Both the position numbers and the translations under genes were made by a program. This document shows, one piece after another, positions 56,555-64,000 of a stretch of DNA of 64,000 bases. The notes beneath the pieces were generated by a model. That model saw nothing but the letters and a program-made list of their open reading frames with translations, was not told the origin of the DNA and searched no databases. Every line of letters begins with the position of its first letter. Positions within the stretch are counted from its first letter, which is position 1. This DNA is from Octopus vulgaris (Eukaryota), in assembly GCA_951406725.2 (NCBI GenBank), contig OX597817.1:19406001-19470000 (forward strand). Reading direction: 5' to 3'.

Positions 56555-57110
56555 TTCTCTAGTTTCATCTCAGAGCTGCGGCCATGCTGATGCACCGCCG
56601 TTTTGTGCTACACTGTTATTGCGAAGAACCTCGTCTGTTATGTGGCACTTGGTGAAGAATGGAGTTTGATACAGCTACTCTCATTTGCACCTCTTGCCGT
56701 GAGGTAGGTTCATCTGGGACTCTTGACAGGAAGATGTCCAGCTTTGATTTAAAAACCGCTACATCTACTTTGTGCAAGTTCCTCAGACTCTTTGGGAGAA
56801 TATTAAAAAGCTGTGGGCTCTTGAAACCCAGGCTGTTGTAGAAGCTGGTCCTGAAGTGTGATGGCATTGCTGGGATCTTTGGCACTGTGCAGTGTCGTCC
56901 CGTTCTAGCATTGGTGTAGCTTACAATGCCAAAATTTGGCACAATTCCTTCCAGGATCTTCCAGACATATATTACTGCATACCTCTCCCGTCTTCTCTCC
57001 AGGGAGTGGAGTCTTAGCTGTTTCAACCTTTCCCAGTAGCTGAGCTGTTGCAAAGAGACAAACTTCTTTGTGAATCTTCTCTGGATTGCTTCAAGGGCCG
57101 CTGTTAATTT
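56555..57110 (-). mobile_element. CR1-like LINE 3' fragment, same family as 26257-27318
   Basis: LEAIQRRFTK..SYWERLKQLRLHSLERRRERY..LFNILPKSLR..VPDEP. Confidence 0.92.
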
Positions 57111-57396
57111 TCTATATATTCTCATGAATAATCCTTATTTGTATATATTATCTATAATTCCTAAGATAGATTAACTATCCACATCTACTTCCCCTAGACC
57201 ACTATGTTTTGCACATATAAGCATTTCATCCCCTAAATAAAAAAAAAAGCTATACATATATTTTTTTATAAAGAATGAAAAGTTTTGAATGGTACAACAA
57301 TGCACTATACTACACACAATGGACTATATACTTCTTGTAATTTTGTCATCCATAGTCTGATGATATTACGGAATAAAATTCCTTCTTTAGATAATC

Positions 57397-57975
57397 TTAG
57401 ATGGAATCGCTGCTATAATCGATTTTCCAATGGCTTTTCTTTTTTTTTCCGGAAGCGTCTCAGCAGTGGTCTCACGAAGCTCCTTCTGGAATTCCTCATG
57501 AGAAGTGAGTGAGGTCAGCCATGTCTCAATTTCGTGTGTGTTGGTACATCTGTAGCGCTGCTTCTAAGTTGTGTATTAGTTATTCTTGGAAATAGTATAA
57601 TCAAATAGCATAATGTGCTCTTTCAATAATTAAAAATATATAGCTTGTATGAATATGTTTATATACAGATATCCGTAAAACGATAAATATAAAGTTAGAA
57701 AATCTCGATAAAACATGTGGCGATGAATATTACTTCGACAAGTATAAAGCTGTATAGCAAAAGACCAGAATATCTGTCCAAACCTGCAGCTTCCTTTTTC
57801 CCCTTCTTTTTTCTCTTCCTTTTTTTTTTATTGTTATAAACAATAGATGAGCATCTCAAAAATGAACCTTCTCAGGAGTAATTCTGGAAGGAGCTTCATG
57901 AGAACACTACTGAGACGCTTCCGGAAAAAAAGAAAAGCCGTTGGAAAAATCGATTATAGCAGCGACTCCATCTAA
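57397..57975. repeat. Inverted repeat (~108-bp arms) enclosing a duplicated ~205-bp segment
   Basis: 57397-57505 is inverted to 57869-57975. The internal 57574-57780 is a direct copy of 60559-60766. Confidence 0.85.
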
Positions 57976-57984
57976 AATACTTCA

Positions 57985-58208
57985 AAACGGAAACGGATCC
58001 TATAAAATTCAAATGTTCAGTGGACAAATTTCTTCAAAAATCCCGAACTAACCTCCTGCGCACGGATATGACTCCAACAATAATAACTCTTTGCTAGAGT
58101 GGACCATGGTGTTCCATATATGACTAAAAGACTTCACCAGGTGGTGCTATTAAGTTAGACTTGGCCTGGACCTATATTGGCCGAGAAGTATCAAAATTAT
58201 CAAAGTTA
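57985..58208 (+). mobile_element. LINE 3' terminal fragment
   Basis: VDKFLQK and GYDSNNNNSLLEW, followed by a repeated tatcaaa tail. Confidence 0.5.
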
Positions 58209-58290
58209 CACACACACACGCACACGCACATACGTATTAAGATAAACATACTTGGAAATGGATGCGTAGCGTTCAATGAGGTAATAATAT

Positions 58291-58391
<101 letters not shown>

Positions 58392-58491
58392 CATTTGTGT
58401 GTGTGTGTGCATTTGTGTGTGTGTGTGCATTTGTGTGTGTGTGTGTGTGTGTGTATAGATACATATATGTATGTATGTAGGTATATATATA

Positions 58492-58867
58492 TATTATATA
58501 AAATCCGTTCTCTCTGTCTCTTTGTGTCTGTGGATTCTAGGATCTCAGGCATCCTCCATCCGATTGCGCTAAAATTTGATATGTAGTTACCGATGGTATC
58601 AAAGCATGTATAAGTCTTGAAAAAATTACAAAAATCGATTCCAGGTGCGAATGCGAGCGATAAAGCCGTGGGAAATCGTTTTTCTTTGGAATAGAAAAAA
58701 AAAAGTCTATCTTTATTTCTTCTTTTGCTGGTGTCCTAAATTTAGGTTAAATCAATGTTTCTCAAAGGGCAGGCCTATGGGACGGTCAGAGAAGTTGGTC
58801 TGAAAAAAAATGGTTTAAATGATCGATAACTCAGCAGCGTCCATTGGACGAGGGGAATTTTGCTCGT

Positions 58868-58868
<1 letters not shown>
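58492..58868 (+). mobile_element. Probable non-autonomous Helitron
   Basis: tatataaaa start, ccgattgcgctaaaatttg motif, subterminal hairpin cgtcca-t-tggacg, and end ctcgt. Confidence 0.55.
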
Positions 58869-58902
<34 letters not shown>

Positions 58903-59519
58903 TATATATCAATACATATATATATATATCAATATATATATATTATTAACGACTATGTAATGCTTAAATAAGCAGTTGCTCACGCGAACCAAAATAAAAT
59001 TCGGGATTTTCGGAGGGTTAAAGTTGGTAACAAAAATAGGACAGTGGAGACATAGAACGAACCAAACGAAAACAAAAATGGAGGGCCGTTAGGTCAGACG
59101 AGGTGAGGTAGCGAACGTTGGAGGAATATTGTCTTTGACAAGAGAAAAAATAGAAGAGGAGATAAATATAAATGCGTATGTCTGTAAGACAGACTTAAAG
59201 AAAGGAAAGATGATCACGTGAGGAAAAGAAAGATTGATGACGGTCACGTGTGAGCAACGAAAGAGAGTAAAGGAGAAAGAGGGAGAGAGAGAGGTAAAAC
59301 GGTGAAGGGGAGAAAAAGGAATTAGAGAAAAGTAGAGAGAGAAAAAACGAAAGGGGAGAGGCACACACTTCGAACTCTCAAGAACTTAAATTAAATTCAA
59401 AGAAAACTTATACACACATACATATATAAGTCTATGAGAGACATCTCGATAAATCACATGGGGCACTATTACGAAAGTTACATGGATATTAATCAGGAAT
59501 TATGTGATATGAAGATAGA

Positions 59520-61110
59520 ATAGTGAGACGTGTGCTTCAGTGACATGTGTACTAACTGCGTTTTGTTGCAGTTGAAATATGTTGGAGGTTTTTAAATATT
59601 TGTACTTATTCGTAGGTCTTACACATTGTGTCTAGCTAGCGTAACTATAAAACCTATTGATGAAATGTTATCGATTTTATCGAAGAGTAAAAGATGGAAT
59701 TATCTGGACAAGCACATATTCAGTTAGAAGTAAGCGTCTATTTTTCGCTGAACTAGAAGTAAAGGAGAACAAACGACATAATTGAAAACTGTTGAAAACT
59801 AGAAGTTACACAATTCACGTTTCTGAGAACCTCAACACCAGATACAATGGAACTGTCTGAGAGAAAAATTACAAACAAGTATGAAAGTATGATATAACCA
59901 TCAACTTTTTGTTGTAGTAGCTTATAAAATGCTTTATTACATCCTGGTGACATGAAGTATGTGGGTCAATCTGAGTTCCGTTTGCGCTGCTTCACATAGC
60001 ATTGAATGGTATTATAGAGACAAAATCGTTAGCACACCGGGCGAAATGCTTAGCGGTATTTCAGGGCGGCAAGCTGGCAGAAACGTTAGCACGCCGGGCG
60101 AAATGCGTAGCCGTATTTCGTCTGTCGTTACGTTGTGAGTTCAAATTCCGCCGAGGTCGACTTTGCCTTTCATCCTTTCGGGGTCGATAAATTAAGTACC
60201 AGTTACGCACTGGAGTCGATGTAATCGACTTAATACCTATGTCTGTCATAGTTTGTCCCCTCTGTGTTTAGCCCCTTGTGGGTAATAAAGAAATAGGTAT
60301 TTCATCTGCCCTTACGCTCTGAGTCTAAATTTTGCCGAGGTCGACTTTGCCTTTCATCCTTTCGGGGTCGATAAATTAAGTACCAGTTACGACTTAATCC
60401 GTCTGTCTGTCCTTGTTTGTCTCCTCTGTGTTTAGCCCCTTGTGGGTGCTAAAGAAATAGCAAATATGAAAGTATAACATTTCATATTCAATGACAAAGT
60501 ATTGAAAGAAATAAAGACTTCCCTCGTCTAAGATACAGAGATTCAGTATATATAATAAGTATTAGTTATTCTTGGAAATAGTATAATCAAATAGCATAAT
60601 GTGATCTTTCAATAATTAAAAATATATAGCTTGTACGAATATATTTATATATATATATCTGAAAAACGACAAATATAAAGTTAGAAAATTTCGATAAGAC
60701 ATGGGGTGATGAATATTACTTCGACAAGTATAAAGTTGTATAGCAAAAGACCAGAATATGTGTCCAATATGAAAGATTAGACAGCACCTGATGTTATCTG
60801 GTAGTGGATTAATCTAACGATAAATGCTTGAGTTATCTACTTGTTGAAAAATCTTAAGGTATCTTTCACTAGAACTATATTCGTTGTTCGAGCAGTTTCC
60901 TTTCGTAAGAAAATCACGAACAATGTACGTAATTATTGCAATCCAGATTATGAAGTTTCTCATATACAATATTTTTGGATATAAGTCCGAAAAGGCGATG
61001 TTTAAAGGTGAATAATTGCTTAATTAGCAGAGATTTGTTTCTTAGATTTTTTTTCCAGTAAATTATGATTCTTGTGCACAACAGCAATATCAGTAAATAC
61101 ATTTCAGGTG
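59520..61110 (-). pseudogene. Putative decayed GPCR relic
   Basis: IIIYWKKNLRNKS (TM1/ICL1-like), VIFITPCLI (TM5-like), LLVFNS...SSAKNRRLLL (TM7/helix-8-like). Confidence 0.4.
60020..60460 (+). mobile_element. SINE family A nested within another family A copy
   Basis: Inner copy 60064-60295 with TSD ggtatttca at 60055-60063 and 60296-60304. Confidence 0.9.
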
Positions 61111-62661
61111 AAAGATGGCACCGTTGTATGTAGAAAAGAAAAAAAGATTTCGTTACGTCATCTTAAGGTAGAATATTTAATATTTTTAGCCCATTTCTTA
61201 TATCATAAATCTATTAGCGAGTACAAGTTCGTAGAATAACGGATTTGAAGCTATAAAATATAATTTTAGGTTCTTTTTGCCGTCGTCGTCGTCTTCTTCG
61301 GGTTTTTCTGGTATCGGACACTTTGGTTTCTTCTTTGCTGAATATTTTCTTTATTGTGATGCCACTGATAACTGTAGACGAATTCTTGCAAAGAATAGTC
61401 GAAGACATTGACCGTGTGGCAATATTGGTGTAAGATTGTTGATTTTGTCAAGCCCTTCTCTCCTGTTGTCTGGTTTCTCCTTTTTCTCTTCTGGTGACTT
61501 CAAAGTGTCCGGTTCCGAATGATGGAACACCACATGGTACGGTCTCAGGTTTGTGTTTAAATCGATTTAGGCTAAATTCCTGTGACTTCCAGTGTTGCTT
61601 TGATATGTGTGATTTCAAACTAACTTCTTGTTCTGATATTTCTGCAATATCTGAGCTTACTTTCATAGGAAGCGACGGCATAGCATTAGTGACAGAGTTG
61701 GTTTTACATTTTAACTCACGGTAAAATTGGCTAATAAGGTTGATAAAAAAAATAAGCAAACCTTGAAAAGTTTTTTTAAGACGATAAAAATTAAGTAACA
61801 CATTTAGACAATATATTTCGTTTCTTGATTGTATGTGCTTTTACTATTTCATTTATAAGACAAACGTACGCATAATTCTTGTGAACAGAATGCGATAGTA
61901 TTTGTATAAAAAGGTCTATCTTTTCTTAGAATAATTTGTCAATAGTATTTCTATATATGATACTAAAACTAGAGAAGCTTTTAGAAGAATCGTTCGGAAT
62001 TATTTCTGGATGTTCTCGGATGTGATATCATATATATTACGATTATCATGTAATTATCTGTTAATTTATGATCACATCCATAATAGCTACATTATAGACA
62101 GAATTATTTAAAATCCTGTGTTACGTGTACAATATTTTGCTAATGTTCATGTTGCAATAAAGGTAAATGTTTGTTATTTGTCAGCAATGCTTTTAATTTT
62201 TACTTATATTATTATTACCTGCATAATAATAGCGTGGTTAAGTTTTTCCTCCATATATTACTGCAATAATATTTGAAACGCTTACATACATATATTCATA
62301 ATATTTAAAAGAAAAAATTTCGTTTACATACGTCATCGATTGGTTCGCTATCGAGTATAATCAGTTATAAATAGTTGGCAGACTACTCTCAAATTACTTG
62401 TTAGGTACTTTAGGATGATAATGAAAGACAAAATGAGAAAAAACGTGGAAATAGTTATTCATACATATAGTTAAAAAAACACACTACTTCTGGATAATAC
62501 ACACATATGCACACACACATATATACGCAGACAGGCATGCAAGCCCACACACAAGTACACACACCAGTACACACTCACGCGCCCCCACATACATCCTTTT
62601 CGAAGCTCCTAGGAGACTATAAACTGATACACAAGCACTCAGTAATGAGTGCATTGCCTTC

Positions 62662-62734
<73 letters not shown>

Positions 62735-62762
62735 ATATGCGTGTGTACGTATGTATACATGC

Positions 62763-62969
62763 GTTTCAGTCATTTGACTGTGGCCATGCTGCAGCAGCGC
62801 CTTTAGTCGAGCAAATCGACCCCAGGACTTATTCTTTGTAAACCTAGTACTTATTATATCGGGCTCTTAGGCTGAACCGCTATGTTACGGGGACGTAAAC
62901 AAGCCATCATCGCTTGTCAAGCGATGTTGCAGCGACAGAGACGCACATACCTATACACACAAACATACA

Positions 62970-63027
<58 letters not shown>

Positions 63028-63186
63028 CATATAAACGACTGGCTTCTTTCAGTTTCCATCTACCAAATCCACTGACATCGTTTGGTCGGCCTGAGGCTAT
63101 AGTAGAAGACACTTGCCCAAGTGGGACTGAATCCGGAACCATGTGGTTCGTAAGGAACCTGTTTATCACACAGACTCCTACGCCTA
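62763..63186 (-). mobile_element. SINE family B, full length
   Basis: Homologous to 18350-18775. Confidence 0.9.
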
Positions 63187-63261
63187 TAATTACTGTTAAT
63201 TAGGCAATCTTTTTTCAAACATATATAATAATACCTCAATTTTTTGCCTTTATCTCACTTA

Positions 63262-63582
63262 AAGGGTAAAGACCCCCTTCGGTCATGAATGACCATGGGA
63301 TTGCACCTAGAAAGTTACCCTCCTAGACACAAGTCCGGGCAAGGTTGTTTATGGAAGACCAGCAATCGCCCATGCATACCAGCCTTCCCCTCTCCACGCC
63401 ACCGGTGTTATCCAAGGGAAAGACAAAGGTCGATACAGCTTGGCACCAGAGACGTCGCAACTCATTTCTACAGCTGAGTGAACTGGAGCAACGTGAAATA
63501 AAGTGCCTTGCTCAAGAACACAACACGCAGCCCGGTCCGGGATTCGAGCTCACAACCTCACGATCGTAAGCTCGTAAGCTCG
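63262..63582 (-). mobile_element. SINE family D
   Basis: B box gagctcgaatccc on the minus strand and a cttgagcaaggcact core. Homologous to 20390-20665. Confidence 0.85.
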
Positions 63583-63859
63583 TATCTCACTTATATATTC
63601 AAGAAATGCCTAACTCTGCATAAGTAACCGTATGCCCTTCACTTTGTGAAGTTAGTAAGACACGAATTGAAGGAGGTCTATCCGCTTTTTCTCGCATATG
63701 CATCTACCTTTTACATGTTTCCTTGTAGTGCTGTTCCAGTGCGACGTGTCGAAGCCTGGGTCGTTATTTCGGTGTTTGATATTGTTTTTTGCAAATATAC
63801 TTAACGATGGCTTTACACCAAGCACGTGTTCGTCTTTGCCCCAACAATAGTTGTGCACC

Positions 63860-64000
63860 GCCAACACCACCACCACCAACAGCACCTACTACTACTACTA
63901 CTACTGCTAGTAACACCACCACCATCACCACCACTACTACTACTACTACTACTATTACTACTACTACTACTACTACTACTGCTACCACCAACACCACCAC
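63860..64000. repeat. (ACC)n/(ACT)n compound microsatellite
   Basis: Direct reading. Confidence 0.97.

Overview
AT-rich, microsatellite-dense animal DNA. The repeat content (tRNA-derived SINEs, Dong/R4 and CR1-like LINEs, Penelope-like elements, mariners, Helitrons) looks like octopus or another cephalopod, which is an inference. I find no intact host gene, and most ORFs in the track are translated (TA)n/(CA)n/(TAA)n/(TATC)n repeats. Two layers go beyond routine repeat annotation. (1) About ten minimal type-I hammerhead-ribozyme motifs (CUGANGA...GAAA-palindrome-NUH) sit in Penelope-like, often inverted-repeat elements embedded in (TA)n. One recurring family joins a tRNA-like Pol III head, a (TAA)n tract and a hammerhead, and occurs as a head-to-head dimer. 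(2) The unique DNA between repeats reads on the minus strand as a co-oriented series of heavily decayed rhodopsin-class GPCR relics (Srw/sex-peptide-receptor-like). All calls were made by eye and boundaries are approximate.
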